From Candidatus Saccharimonadota bacterium (GTDB lineage: Bacteria; Pseudomonadota; Gammaproteobacteria; Enterobacterales; Enterobacteriaceae), in the NCBI RefSeq assembly GCF_000090965.1, contig NC_008513.1:120001-152000 (forward strand): 32,000 bases of DNA, in the 5' to 3' direction. Shown piece by piece: positions 10,297 to 20,149 of this stretch. The translations under genes were made by a program, and so were the position numbers. Position 1 is the stretch's first letter. The number at the start of each line of letters is the position of its first letter. Below the pieces are notes generated by a model that had not been told where the DNA came from, did no database searches, and saw only the letters and a program-made list of their open reading frames with translations.

Positions 10297-11517
10297 ATGA
10301 AAAAAAAATTGATTTTAGTATTAAATTGTGGAAGTTCTTCAGTAAAATTTTCTATCATTGATGTAATTGAAGGAGTTTTATATATTTCAGGAATTGCAAA
10401 TACTATAAATAATGTATCTTTTTTAAAGATTTATGATATTAAAAAAAAAATAAAAATTGTAAAAAAAAATATATCTACTGATTCATATAAAAAATTAATA
10501 TTATTAATTTGTGATCTTTTGTTTATTCACTTTAATAAATATTTAAAATTAATTATAGGTATTGGTCATAGAATTGTACATGGAGGAAAAGACATAAAAA
10601 AATCTATGATTATTAATAAAAAAATTTTATTAAAAATTAAAAAATCAGCTATTTTTGCACCTCTTCATAATCCATATCATTTAATTGCAATAAAAATAAT
10701 TTTAAATAAATTTGTAAAGTTAAAAAATAGAAATGTTGCTGTGTTTGATACTTCTTTTCATCAAACAATGCCTAAAAAATCTTTTTTATATGGTATTCCA
10801 TATTCTTTTTATAAAAAATATTCTATCCGTAAATATGGTGCTCATGGAATTAATCACTTTTATATAACACACGAATGTTCTTTATTTTTAAAAAAATCTA
10901 CTAATAATTTAAATATTATTAGTTGTCATTTAGGTAGTGGTTCTTCTATTACTGCTATAGTAAATGGTAAATCTATTGATACTTCTATGGGTCTAACTCC
11001 TTTAGAAGGATTAGTAATGGGAACAAGATGTGGTGACATTGATCCGTATATCATAATATATATGATTAAAAAATTAAATTTTTCAATAACTCAAATACAA
11101 AAAATATTAACTAAAAGTTCTGGAGTATTAGGAATTAGTAGTATAACAAGTGATTTCAGAGAATTAGAAAAAAAATATTATAGCCATAAAAAAGCAAAAT
11201 TAGCAATTGATATTTTTTGTCGTCGAGTATCAAAGTATATTGCTGGATATTCATCATTAATGCCTAAAGGAAAATTAGATGCTATTGTATTTACTGGTGG
11301 TATTGGAGAAAATTCTAGTTTTATTCGAAAAAAAATCATAAAAAATTTATCTATTATAGGATTTTTTTTAGATATTGAAAAAAATTTAATTAAAACAGGA
11401 AATAATAATAGATTTATACATACTATAAATAGTAAACCTATATTAGTAATACCAGCAGATGAAAATAAAATTATCGCTAAAGAAACATATAATATTTTAA
11501 TAAAAAATAATTTTTAA
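10297..11517 (+). CDS. ackA: Acetate kinase
   Basis: 406 aa. N-terminal LVLNCGSSSVKFSI is present, with HRIVHGG, AVFDTSFHQTMP, YGAHGINH and VFTGGIGENS, all acetate/propionate kinase signatures. pta follows. Confidence 0.95.
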   Translation: MKKKLILVLNCGSSSVKFSIIDVIEGVLYISGIANTINNVSFLKIYDIKKKIKIVKKNISTDSYKKLILLICDLLFIHFNKYLKLIIGIGHRIVHGGKDIKKSMIINKKILLKIKKSAIFAPLHNPYHLIAIKIILNKFVKLKNRNVAVFDTSFHQTMPKKSFLYGIPYSFYKKYSIRKYGAHGINHFYITHECSLFLKKSTNNLNIISCHLGSGSSITAIVNGKSIDTSMGLTPLEGLVMGTRCGDIDPYIIIYMIKKLNFSITQIQKILTKSSGVLGISSITSDFRELEKKYYSHKKAKLAIDIFCRRVSKYIAGYSSLMPKGKLDAIVFTGGIGENSSFIRKKIIKNLSIIGFFLDIEKNLIKTGNNNRFIHTINSKPILVIPADENKIIAKETYNILIKNNF

Positions 11518-11607
11518 TTTTATTAATATATAAATATTTAATAATTATAGTAAAAATTTTTTTACACAAAATTATTTATACTAATTTAACTTTATGAAAC
11601 TACTTTT

Positions 11608-12594
11608 ATGAAAAAATATTCAGAAAATTTTAAATTATTTTTACAAGAAAAAGCACGTTCATGTGTAAAAACAATTATTTTTCCAGAAGGAAATAATTTA
11701 AAAATTATTAAATCTGCATTAATTTGTAGTAAATTAAAAATATCTAAATGTATTTTATTAGGAATATATAAAGATATTCAAGAATTAATGAAAAAAAATA
11801 ATTTATCTTTAAATGAAGATATAGAAATTATTAATCCTAATAAGATTCGTCATAATTATTCTTATGATTTATTTCAATTAAGAAAAAATAAGGATATAGA
11901 TAGTGAACTTACTGCTTTAAATTTATTAAAAAATAATATAATTTTATCTCTTATGATGTTACATAATGGAGATGTAGATGGTGTTATAGCAGGAATAACT
12001 TGTCCTACAGCAGCAGTAATTAGACCTACATTTCAAATAATTCAAAATAATTCTATAAATTCTTTTGTTTCTTCTGTTTTTTTTATGTTATTTTCTAATA
12101 AAATATTAGTTTATGGAGATTGTGCTATTAATCGATATCCAAATTCTAAAATGTTAGCTGAAATCGCTATTCAATCTGCAAATACAGCTAAATCTATAGG
12201 AATATTACCTAAAATTGCAATGTTATCATATTCTACTGGAAATTCGGGATTTGGAAAATCAGTTAATAGAATTAATAATGCTATAAAAATTGTGAAAAAA
12301 AAACAACCAAATTTTTTAATAGATGGTCCGCTACAATATGATGCTGCTGTTTCTAAGAAAGTAGCAAAAATAAAATTATCTAATTCAGTAGTTTCAGGTC
12401 GAGCAAATGTATTAATTTTTCCAGATTTAAATGCTGGTAATATTACTTATAAAGCTGTTCAAAGATCTTCTAACGTCATTTCTATCGGACCTATTTTGCA
12501 AGGTTTGAATAAACCAGTAAATGATTTATCAAGAGGTGCATCAATTGATGATATTGTATATACTACAGCCATGACTGTTATTCAGTCTTTATAA
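11608..12594 (+). CDS. pta: Phosphate acetyltransferase, catalytic (PTA_PTB) domain only; a short form lacking the enterobacterial N-terminal half
   Basis: 328 aa, aligning to about the last 325 residues of E. coli Pta (714 aa). Shared blocks: IIFPEGNN.., LRKNKD, VDGVIAG, VSSVFFM, VYGDCAIN, AMLSYSTG, IDGPLQYDAA, IFPDLNAGNITYKAVQRS, GPILQGLNKPVNDLSRGA. Only 90 nt separate it from the ackA stop. Confidence 0.92.
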   Translation: MKKYSENFKLFLQEKARSCVKTIIFPEGNNLKIIKSALICSKLKISKCILLGIYKDIQELMKKNNLSLNEDIEIINPNKIRHNYSYDLFQLRKNKDIDSELTALNLLKNNIILSLMMLHNGDVDGVIAGITCPTAAVIRPTFQIIQNNSINSFVSSVFFMLFSNKILVYGDCAINRYPNSKMLAEIAIQSANTAKSIGILPKIAMLSYSTGNSGFGKSVNRINNAIKIVKKKQPNFLIDGPLQYDAAVSKKVAKIKLSNSVVSGRANVLIFPDLNAGNITYKAVQRSSNVISIGPILQGLNKPVNDLSRGASIDDIVYTTAMTVIQSL

Positions 12595-12603
12595 GTAATA
12601 CAT

Positions 12604-12634
12604 ATATTTACTTTTATAATATAAAAGTAAATAT
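12604..12634. terminator. Long A/T hairpin plus T-tract after pta (convergent with gyrA), a putative intrinsic terminator
   Basis: Perfect 14-bp inverted repeat ATATTTACTTTTAT / ATAAAAGTAAATAT with a 3-nt loop and only one G:C pair. It is followed directly by T-rich sequence through 12639 on the + strand and starts 10 nt after the pta stop. Confidence 0.45.
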
Positions 12635-12700
12635 TTTTTAAAAATATTTAAAATTCATAAAATTTCTATAATAAATGATTTTTTATTTAATATAGTTATT

Positions 12701-15184
12701 TTATGATATAATAGGTTTATTAGATAATTTTTGTAATCCTACTACTTTTTCTTTTTTAATCGTTCTTATTAAAATAACACCTTGTGTATTTCTTTTTAAT
12801 ATTGCAATTTCAGACACTCTAGTTCGTACTAATGTACCCGCGTTTGTAATGATCATAATTTGATCATTCTGTTTTACTTGAATGGCTCCAATTACAACAC
12901 CATTTTTTTGTGTTACCCTTATAGAGAGAACACCTTTAGTTGCACGTGATTTAATAGGAAATTGGTTAATATTAGTTCTTTTTCCATATCCATTTGCAGT
13001 AACTATTAAAATATCATCTTTTTTATTTGGTACTAATAATGAAACTAATCGATCATTATTTGTAATTTTCATTCCTCGAATTCCAGATGCAGTTCGGCCC
13101 ATTTTTCGTATTGTTTTTTCAGAAAACTGAACAACTTTTCCTTTTGAAGTAAACATACAGATATTATTGTTTCCAGTAGTTAATGAAACACCTATTAGTT
13201 TATCATTTTTTCTTAAATTAATAGCAATAATACCTGAATTTCTTGGTTTTTTAAATTGTATTAATGATGTTTTTTTAACGAATCCTAAAGCTGTAGCCAT
13301 AAAAATATTTATAGAAGATTTATATTTTGAAATAGGTAAAATTGTAGTAATTCTTTCTTTTGATGTTAAAGGTAATAAATTAACTATTGGTTTTCCACGT
13401 GCATTTCGACTAGTTTCAGGTAATTGGTATACTTTCATCCAATATAGTAGTCCTCTACTAGAAAAACACAATATTGTATCATGAGAATTAGCAACTAACA
13501 AATTCGTTATATAGTCTTCTTCTTTTGTTTTTGCAGCTGATTTTCCTCTTCCCCCTCTTTTTTGTGCATTATAATCAGATATAGGTTGATATTTAACATA
13601 TCCTGAATATGATAAGGTAACTACTACTGTTTCTTTTACAATCATATCTTCTATATTAATTTCTGACATTTTACTAATTATTTTTGTTTTTCTGGTATCA
13701 GAAAATTTTTTTTTTATTTCATTTAATTCTTTTTCAATTTTTTTTTCTAGAATATTTTTATTTGATAATATTTTTTTTAGTTTAATTGTTTTTTTAATTA
13801 ATTTGTTGTATTCAAGATTAATTTTTTTTTTTTCTAATGAAGTTAGTTTATTTAATTTTATATTTAATATTGCTAATGATTGTTTATTACTAAAATAAAA
13901 ATATTTTTTATTTTTTTTTGAACTATTATTTTCTTTTTTCCAATTGATTTTTTTTAATTTTTTTTTAGCAATAGTATGATTTTCTGAATTTTTTATTAAA
14001 TGAATTATAGTATTAATATTATTTAGCGCAATAGCAAATCCTTCTAAAAGATGCATTTTTTTATTTGATTTTTTTAATTTAAATAAACATTTTCTTTTAA
14101 TTATTTTTTTTCTATGTTTTATAAATTCTTTTAGAATTTTTTTTAAATTCATTGTTTTTGGTTTGCCAGATGATAATGCAACCATATTAATTCCAAAAGA
14201 TGTTTGTAAAGATGTCAGAGTATATAATTGGTTTAGAATTATTTGACTAATAAAATCTTTTTTTATATCAATAACAATTCTCATACCATCTTTATCTGAT
14301 TCATCACGAATGTTTGTTATTCCATTAATTTTTTTTTCTTTTACTAAAATTGCAATTTTTTCAATTAATTTAGATTTATTTACTTGATATGGTAATTCAT
14401 AAATAATTAGTGATTCTTTTTTATTTTTTTTATTAATTTCTATATTATATTTTGATCTTACTATTATTTTCCCCTTTCCAGTTTTATAGGCTTCTTTAAT
14501 TCCATTTTTTCCATAAATAATTCCAGATGTTGGAAAATCTGGTCCAGGTATATATAGCATAAGTTCTTTTAAAGAAATAGAAGGATTATAAAGATATGCA
14601 ATACATCCATTTATTACTTCTTTTAAATTATGTGGTGGTATATTAGTAGCCATACCAACTGCAATTCCTGAAGAACCATTAATAAGTAAATTAGGAATTT
14701 TTGTAGGTAAAATTTCTGGTATTTTTTCAGTTCCATCATAATTTAAGACAAAATCAATTGTATTTTTTTCTAATTCACTTAACATTTCATGAGCAATTCT
14801 AGACATACGGATTTCTGTATATCTCATAGCAGCAGCTGGATCTCCATCAATTGATCCAAAGTTTCCTTGTCCATCAATTAAAGTATATCTTAAAGAAAAT
14901 TTCTGAGCCATTCTAACAATAGAATCATATACTGCAGAGTCACCATGTGGATGATATTTACCAATTACATCACCTACAATTCGAGCGGATTTTTTATATG
15001 GTTTATTCCATTCATTATTTAATATATACATAGCAAAAAGTATTCTTCTATGTACTGGTTTTAAACCATCGCGTACATCAGGTAAAGCTCGGCCAATTAT
15101 TACAGACATAGCATAATCAAGATAAGATCTTTTTAACTCTTCTTCAATATTGACCTGTTTGATTTCTTTTGCAATGTCTTTCAT
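12701..15184 (-). CDS. gyrA: DNA gyrase subunit A
   Basis: [33 protein letters not shown], the [21 protein letters not shown] (wild-type Ser83/Asp87 equivalents), the active-site AAAMRYTE, and the GyrA box QKRGGRGKS are all present. The track ORF begins at TTG 15199. ATG 15184 ([17 protein letters not shown]) matches the E. coli N-terminus and is preferred. It ends ..[12 protein letters not shown] with no acidic tail. Confidence 0.96.
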   Translation of the reverse strand: MKDIAKEIKQVNIEEELKRSYLDYAMSVIIGRALPDVRDGLKPVHRRILFAMYILNNEWNKPYKKSARIVGDVIGKYHPHGDSAVYDSIVRMAQKFSLRYTLIDGQGNFGSIDGDPAAAMRYTEIRMSRIAHEMLSELEKNTIDFVLNYDGTEKIPEILPTKIPNLLINGSSGIAVGMATNIPPHNLKEVINGCIAYLYNPSISLKELMLYIPGPDFPTSGIIYGKNGIKEAYKTGKGKIIVRSKYNIEINKKNKKESLIIYELPYQVNKSKLIEKIAILVKEKKINGITNIRDESDKDGMRIVIDIKKDFISQIILNQLYTLTSLQTSFGINMVALSSGKPKTMNLKKILKEFIKHRKKIIKRKCLFKLKKSNKKMHLLEGFAIALNNINTIIHLIKNSENHTIAKKKLKKINWKKENNSSKKNKKYFYFSNKQSLAILNIKLNKLTSLEKKKINLEYNKLIKKTIKLKKILSNKNILEKKIEKELNEIKKKFSDTRKTKIISKMSEINIEDMIVKETVVVTLSYSGYVKYQPISDYNAQKRGGRGKSAAKTKEEDYITNLLVANSHDTILCFSSRGLLYWMKVYQLPETSRNARGKPIVNLLPLTSKERITTILPISKYKSSINIFMATALGFVKKTSLIQFKKPRNSGIIAINLRKNDKLIGVSLTTGNNNICMFTSKGKVVQFSEKTIRKMGRTASGIRGMKITNNDRLVSLLVPNKKDDILIVTANGYGKRTNINQFPIKSRATKGVLSIRVTQKNGVVIGAIQVKQNDQIMIITNAGTLVRTRVSEIAILKRNTQGVILIRTIKKEKVVGLQKLSNKPIIS

Positions 15185-15307
15185 TAATTTTAATCTCAAT
15201 AAAATGATTTTTATTTAAAATTTATAATTATAATATAAATAATAATATGATAATTTAGTTTTTAATTTGTTATTAATTAATTGTATTTTTTTAAAGTTTT
15301 TATTTTA

Positions 15308-15339
15308 TTAAAACCATTTTAATATATAAATGGTTTTAA
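15308..15339. terminator. Hairpin downstream of ahpC, upstream of gyrA; a weak terminator candidate
   Basis: 12-bp stem TTAAAACCATTT / AAATGGTTTTAA with an 8-nt loop, 41 nt past the ahpC stop. There is no U-tract in the ahpC (minus) orientation, so function is uncertain. Confidence 0.3.
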
Positions 15340-15379
15340 GATTTTTTATAAAATTTAAATAATACTTGTATATTAAAAA

Positions 15380-15982
15380 TTATAGTTTTTTAGAATTTTT
15401 TGATAAATATTTTTTTATTCCTACATCAGTTGCTTGTATTGCTTCTTTTCCTATATTCCAATTCGCAGGACATACTTCGCCAAATTTTTCATAATAGTGT
15501 AATGCATCAATAATTCGAAGTATTTCTTTTATATTTCTTCCAATTGGTAAATCATTTACAGATTGATGTCTAATTATATTAGATTTATCAATAATAAATG
15601 ATGCTCTTAATGCAATAGTTAGTATATCATGTTCAATATTATAAGATTTTTGTATAGATTTAGTAATGTCAGATATCATTGGAAATTTAATCGGACCTAT
15701 TCCTCCTTCATTTATTTTTGTATTTCTCCATGCGTTATGTGTATATACTGAATCAATAGATATTCCTATAATACATGCATTTCTATCTTTAAATTCATGA
15801 TATGAATTATTAAATGCTATAATCTCAGAAGGACATACGAAAGTAAAATCCATAGGCCAGAAAAATAATACAGTAGTTTTATTTTTAGAAAAATTTTTAA
15901 AGTTAAAATTTTGAATTATTTGTCCATTTTTTAAAATAGCTGGAGCAATAAAATTTGGTGCTTTTTTAGATACTAAAGTCAT
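15380..15982 (-). CDS. ahpC: Typical 2-Cys peroxiredoxin (AhpC/TsaA family)
   Basis: 200 aa. It has the peroxidatic Cys motif FFWPMDFTFVCPSEI and the resolving Cys motif GEVCPANW, plus SIDSVYTHNAW. Confidence 0.9.
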   Translation of the reverse strand: MTLVSKKAPNFIAPAILKNGQIIQNFNFKNFSKNKTTVLFFWPMDFTFVCPSEIIAFNNSYHEFKDRNACIIGISIDSVYTHNAWRNTKINEGGIGPIKFPMISDITKSIQKSYNIEHDILTIALRASFIIDKSNIIRHQSVNDLPIGRNIKEILRIIDALHYYEKFGEVCPANWNIGKEAIQATDVGIKKYLSKNSKKL

Positions 15983-16125
15983 TTTTGTTAATACCTTTTT
16001 TTCAATTTTTATTGTGTATTTTATATATTTTTTAAAAAAATTTATTATACTATAACATATTTTTTGTTTTTTTTTTTTTCATTTTTTATTTGAATTAAAT
16101 ATATTTAATTATTAAGGTTTATTTT

Positions 16126-16809
16126 ATGAAAAATATTTATAAAATTTCATGGTTGGATTTTTTTTTAATAGAAAAAAAAAAAGAATATTTTTTATATTTA
16201 TTAAATAAAATTAAAAATATTAGAAGAAATACAATTGTGTATCCAAAAAAAAATATGGTTTTTAATGCATTTTTATTCACTCCTTTATCAAGTATTAAAG
16301 TTGTTATTTTAGGTCAAGATCCTTATCATAGTGCAGGTCAAGCACATGGATTATCGTTTTCAGTTCCAAAAGGGGTATTTTTACCTCCTTCTTTAAAAAA
16401 TATTTTTATAGAATTAAAGAATAATTTTTCCTTTTATAAAAAGAACATTCATGGTTGTTTAGAATCTTGGGCAAAACAAGGAGTTTTTTTATTAAATTCT
16501 ATATTAACAGTTTCAAAAGGTATTCCAAATTCACATAAAAATTTAGGATGGGAAATTTTTACCGATCAAGTAATTAAATTTATTAGTGATATTTGTAAAG
16601 GTGTTGTATTTTTATTATGGGGAAATATTTCTCAAAAAAAGTATTATTTAATTGATTCAAAAAAACATTTTATATTAAGATCTACACATCCATCACCTTT
16701 ATCATGTTATAAAGGTTTTTTCGGATGTAATCATTTCTTTAAAACAAATGTTTTATTACAAAATCAGAAAAAAAAACCAATTAATTGGTTTTTAGATTTA
16801 TTTGAATAA
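16126..16809 (+). CDS. ung: Uracil-DNA glycosylase
   Basis: 227 aa. It has the catalytic water-activating loop VVILGQDPYH, GQAHGLSFSV, LESWAKQGVFLLNSILTV and HPSPLS. Confidence 0.95.
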   Translation: MKNIYKISWLDFFLIEKKKEYFLYLLNKIKNIRRNTIVYPKKNMVFNAFLFTPLSSIKVVILGQDPYHSAGQAHGLSFSVPKGVFLPPSLKNIFIELKNNFSFYKKNIHGCLESWAKQGVFLLNSILTVSKGIPNSHKNLGWEIFTDQVIKFISDICKGVVFLLWGNISQKKYYLIDSKKHFILRSTHPSPLSCYKGFFGCNHFFKTNVLLQNQKKKPINWFLDLFE

Positions 16810-16845
16810 AAATTTTATGAAACATTTTAACTAAAAATTTTATTT

Positions 16846-17358
16846 TTACAATAAAACAATTGCTTTTTTTATAACTTTATTTTTTAAAATATATCCAGGT
16901 TTTATAATATTTTTTATTTTTTTGTTTTTTGATATAGAATTTTTTTTTTCATTTTTTTTAATTTTATGTATTTTTTCATTAAATGGTATATTTATTTTGT
17001 TTATTTTTTTAATTTTCCAATTTTTTAAATTTTTTTCAAATATATTTTTTGTTAATTTTATTCCTTCAAATAAAGATTTTTGTGTAGAAGACATATTTTT
17101 TAAATTTATTGTTAATAGATCAATTTTATTAATTATTGAAAATATAGAATTTAAAAAATTTTCAAACATATTAGTTTTAATAAACTTTATTTCAGATGCA
17201 TTTTTTTTTATAATATTTTCTATATTAGCATAATGTCTTAAACGAATATTTTTTTTTTCTTTTATTAAAAGAGAAATTTTTTTTTCTATTTTTTTTATAG
17301 TAATTTTTTTTTTTTTATCTTTTTTTAAAATCTTTTTTTTTTCATTTTTTTCTATCAT
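16846..17358 (-). CDS. grpE: Nucleotide exchange factor GrpE (short, highly diverged, Lys-rich)
   Basis: 170 aa. IRLRHYANIENIIKKNASEIKFIKTNMFENFLNSIFSIINKID follows the GrpE pattern (E. coli [41 protein letters not shown]), and the C-terminal GYILKNKVIKKAIV resembles the GrpE beta-domain. Confidence 0.8.
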   Translation of the reverse strand: MIEKNEKKKILKKDKKKKITIKKIEKKISLLIKEKKNIRLRHYANIENIIKKNASEIKFIKTNMFENFLNSIFSIINKIDLLTINLKNMSSTQKSLFEGIKLTKNIFEKNLKNWKIKKINKINIPFNEKIHKIKKNEKKNSISKNKKIKNIIKPGYILKNKVIKKAIVLL

Positions 17359-17529
17359 TTTTAAATCCTATATAGAATTTTATAAATTAAAAAATAATTA
17401 AAATTTTTTTTAAAATGATTTTTTTAGAAAAATTTTTCGATAATTACAATAACATTATAATTATTGATCACATAGAATATAAATTCTATTTATATATAGA
17501 TGAATAATTTATTTTATTAAAAATATTTT

Positions 17530-17895
17530 TGGAGTTGGCGGGATTCGAACCCGCGTCCAAAACAACTTATTTTATTATTCTACATGTTTAGTTTATTTTT
17601 AAAAAAATTGAATAACACTCAATAAACAAAGTATTATTTTTTCTCTTGATAAATTATATCTATTTTATTTCAAGAGTAATAAAAGTAGATATCTCTTTTT
17701 TCTTACCTTTCAAATTTTTCGTCAATATTAAAAGAGAATAAAATAAATCTGTGAAAGGGCTATATACAGTTTTTTAAGCTGCTAAAGCGTATTTTCTGAT
17801 CTGCGTTTATTTTATTTGGTTTTTTAACGAGGCAAACCAATCCTCGACATGCAATAATAATTTTTGTATATTTTGTCAAATCCATAATCAACCCC
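17530..17895 (-). ncRNA. ssrA: tmRNA (SsrA), about 366 nt; the 3' CCA is not encoded
   Basis: Not in the ORF track. The reverse complement starts GGGGTTGATTATGGATTTGAC and ends GGACGCGGGTTCGAATCCCGCCAACTCCA. The acceptor stem GGGGUUG/CAACUCC contains the G3:U alanine identity pair, and the T-arm is GGTTCGAATCC. Internal matches to E. coli tmRNA are GCATGTCGAGG, GCCTCGTTAAAAA, TACGCTTTAGCAGCTTAA (..YALAA-stop) and AACATGTAG. The discriminator A is followed by AAAA rather than CCA. Confidence 0.95.
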
Positions 17896-18113
17896 AATAT
17901 TTATTATATTATAAATGATTTTTTTATTTTAAACAATATTATCTATATTTAATTTTTTTTAGTTTTTTAATAATTTTTTATCTATAATAAATAAATTATA
18001 ATTAATTAATTAAAATAATAATTTTTATTATTATATAAAAATTTATATTTTCAAATATAAATAAAAAAAATTTTTTATTTATATCTTTAATATTTTTAAA
18101 TGAGTATTTTAAT

Positions 18114-18425
18114 ATGATTAAAACTATCAAAAAAATAGAAAAACAATTACAAAATAACAATATTGTTTTATATATGAAAGGTTCTCCAGAACATCCTCAT
18201 TGTGGTTTTTCAGCTCAAGCGGTTCAAGCTTTGTCATCTTGCACTTCAAATTTTTTTTATGTTGATGTTTTAAAAAATCCTGATATTAGATCAGTATTAC
18301 CTCAATATTCTAAATGGCCTACTTTCCCTCAATTATGGATTAATAAAAAATTAATTGGAGGTTGTGATATTATATTAGAAAAGTTTTACAATAAAGAATT
18401 GCTTGATTTAATTAAAAAAAAATAA
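18114..18425 (+). CDS. grxD: Monothiol glutaredoxin (Grx4/GrxD)
   Basis: 103 aa with the CGFS active site (MKGSPEHPHCGFSAQAVQAL) and WPTFPQLWINKKLIGGCDI. Confidence 0.93.
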   Translation: MIKTIKKIEKQLQNNNIVLYMKGSPEHPHCGFSAQAVQALSSCTSNFFYVDVLKNPDIRSVLPQYSKWPTFPQLWINKKLIGGCDIILEKFYNKELLDLIKKK

Positions 18426-18470
18426 TATTTTTAAAAATAATTATAATTATTAATTTTAAAAAAAAATATT

Positions 18471-19136
18471 TTATATCTCATCGGTTTTTTTACGGTGAGA
18501 TGAATTTGGCGGCCATCCTCCTAATCTTTTCCAACGATTTACTAATTCACAAAAAAGATATGCTGTTTGTATAGTATCATATAAAGCTGAATGAGCTTGA
18601 TTTGTATCAAATGGAATTCCAGCAAGTTTGCATGCTTTTGCTAAAACTGTTTGCCCAAAAATTAAACCGCTAAGTGCTGCAGTATCAAATGTAGTAAATG
18701 GATGAAATGGATTGTTAAGATTACCAACTCTTTTTGATGCAGCCATTAAAAAATTATGATCAAAATTTGCATTATGAGCTACTAAAATTCCTTTTCTACA
18801 TTTATTTATATTAATTTTTTTTCTAACCAATTTAAAAATATTTTTTAATGCATTTTTTTCACTTACAGCTCCTCTAAGAGGATTAAATGGATCAATTTTA
18901 TTAAAAGCAACAGATTCAGCTTTTATAATAGATCCTTTAAATGGTATAATATGAAAATGTAATCTATCATCTATTTTAAGCCAACCTGATTTATTCATTT
19001 TTAAAGTTACAATTGCAATTTCTAAAAGTGCATCTGTATCTGCTTGAAATCCTGCGCTTTCTATATCTATAACAACTGGATAAAAACCTCTAAATCTATT
19101 ATTTATTGCATAATTTATATCTTTATATATAAACAT
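18471..19136 (-). CDS. rnt: Ribonuclease T
   Basis: 221 aa. [34 protein letters not shown] aligns with E. coli RNase [35 protein letters not shown]. The DEDDh motifs ([16 protein letters not shown]) are present. Confidence 0.94.
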   Translation of the reverse strand: MFIYKDINYAINNRFRGFYPVVIDIESAGFQADTDALLEIAIVTLKMNKSGWLKIDDRLHFHIIPFKGSIIKAESVAFNKIDPFNPLRGAVSEKNALKNIFKLVRKKININKCRKGILVAHNANFDHNFLMAASKRVGNLNNPFHPFTTFDTAALSGLIFGQTVLAKACKLAGIPFDTNQAHSALYDTIQTAYLFCELVNRWKRLGGWPPNSSHRKKTDEI

Positions 19137-19570
19137 ATGAATCTCAATTTCGGTATATAATATAGTATGAAGTATATTTTATGATATTTTAATACTTTGA
19201 AATTATAAACATCTTATTTAAATAACTCAATCAATTTAAATATAATTATTTTTATTTGTCTTTATTATTTATTTTTAATTTATTTAATAAATTTGATTTT
19301 CATAAAAATAAATAAATTTTAATTAATTTTTTTTTTTATTTAAGATATTATTGTTTATAGAAAATATTTTTTAAAAAAATTTTTAATAATATTGATTATA
19401 TTATTTTAAATTTTAATTAATTATTAATAATTTTTTTAAATGAAATTATTTAATAAGTAAAAATAATGAAATTATTTTTTATTTTTTTAAAAATTGTTTG
19501 TTTAATGAACAATATTTTTATTAAATATAATATTTTTATTTTTTGCTTTTTATAATGAGAAGAAGATTTT

Positions 19571-20149
19571 ATGAATAAAATAAAGATGATTGTTGGGTTA
19601 GGAAATTCAGTATATAAATATAATCAAACAAGACATAATGTTGGTTTTTGGTATATAAATATGTTATCAAGTTTTTATAAAACTTCTTTGAAATTTAAAA
19701 AAAAATTTTCTGGTTATGTTTCTTCTTTTTTTTTAAATAATAACAAAATATTTTTATTAAAACCTGATTTATTTATGAATTTAAATGGTTATTCTGTTTT
19801 TGCATTGTCATCTTTTTATAAAATTAAATTATCTGAAATTTTAGTTGTACGTGATGAATTAGATTTGTCTCCAGGTATTTTAAAGGTGAAATATGGTATA
19901 GGTCATAATGGACATAATGGGGTCAAAAGTATTATTAATACTTTTGAAAAAAAAAAACCTTTTATTCAATTATGTATAGGTATTGGTCGACCAGAATTTA
20001 AAAAGAATGTATCTAATTTTGTTTTAGAATGTCCAAGTAAAATAGATACAATAAATATAAAAAAAGCAATTTTAAAGTTTATTTTTTTAACTAAAGATTA
20101 TATCTATAAGAAAGAATTTTTAAAAAATAAAAAAATTATTTTAATTTAA
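19571..20149 (+). CDS. pth: Peptidyl-tRNA hydrolase
   Basis: 192 aa. It has IVGLGNSVYKYNQTRHNVGFW (catalytic His), VRDELDL, GGHNGVKS-like GHNGHNGVKSI, and IGIGRP. Confidence 0.93.
   Translation: MNKIKMIVGLGNSVYKYNQTRHNVGFWYINMLSSFYKTSLKFKKKFSGYVSSFFLNNNKIFLLKPDLFMNLNGYSVFALSSFYKIKLSEILVVRDELDLSPGILKVKYGIGHNGHNGVKSIINTFEKKKPFIQLCIGIGRPEFKKNVSNFVLECPSKIDTINIKKAILKFIFLTKDYIYKKEFLKNKKIILI

Noticed and set aside
12882-13484. 82-aa and 105-aa plus-strand ORFs inside gyrA
   Set aside because: They are antisense to the conserved GyrA C-terminal domain, with no SD and no motifs. They are shadow ORFs.
16922-17233. 103-aa plus-strand ORF antisense to grpE
   Set aside because: It is a Phe/Ile-rich translation of the complement of a Lys-rich gene (AAA/TTT symmetry), which makes it an artefact.
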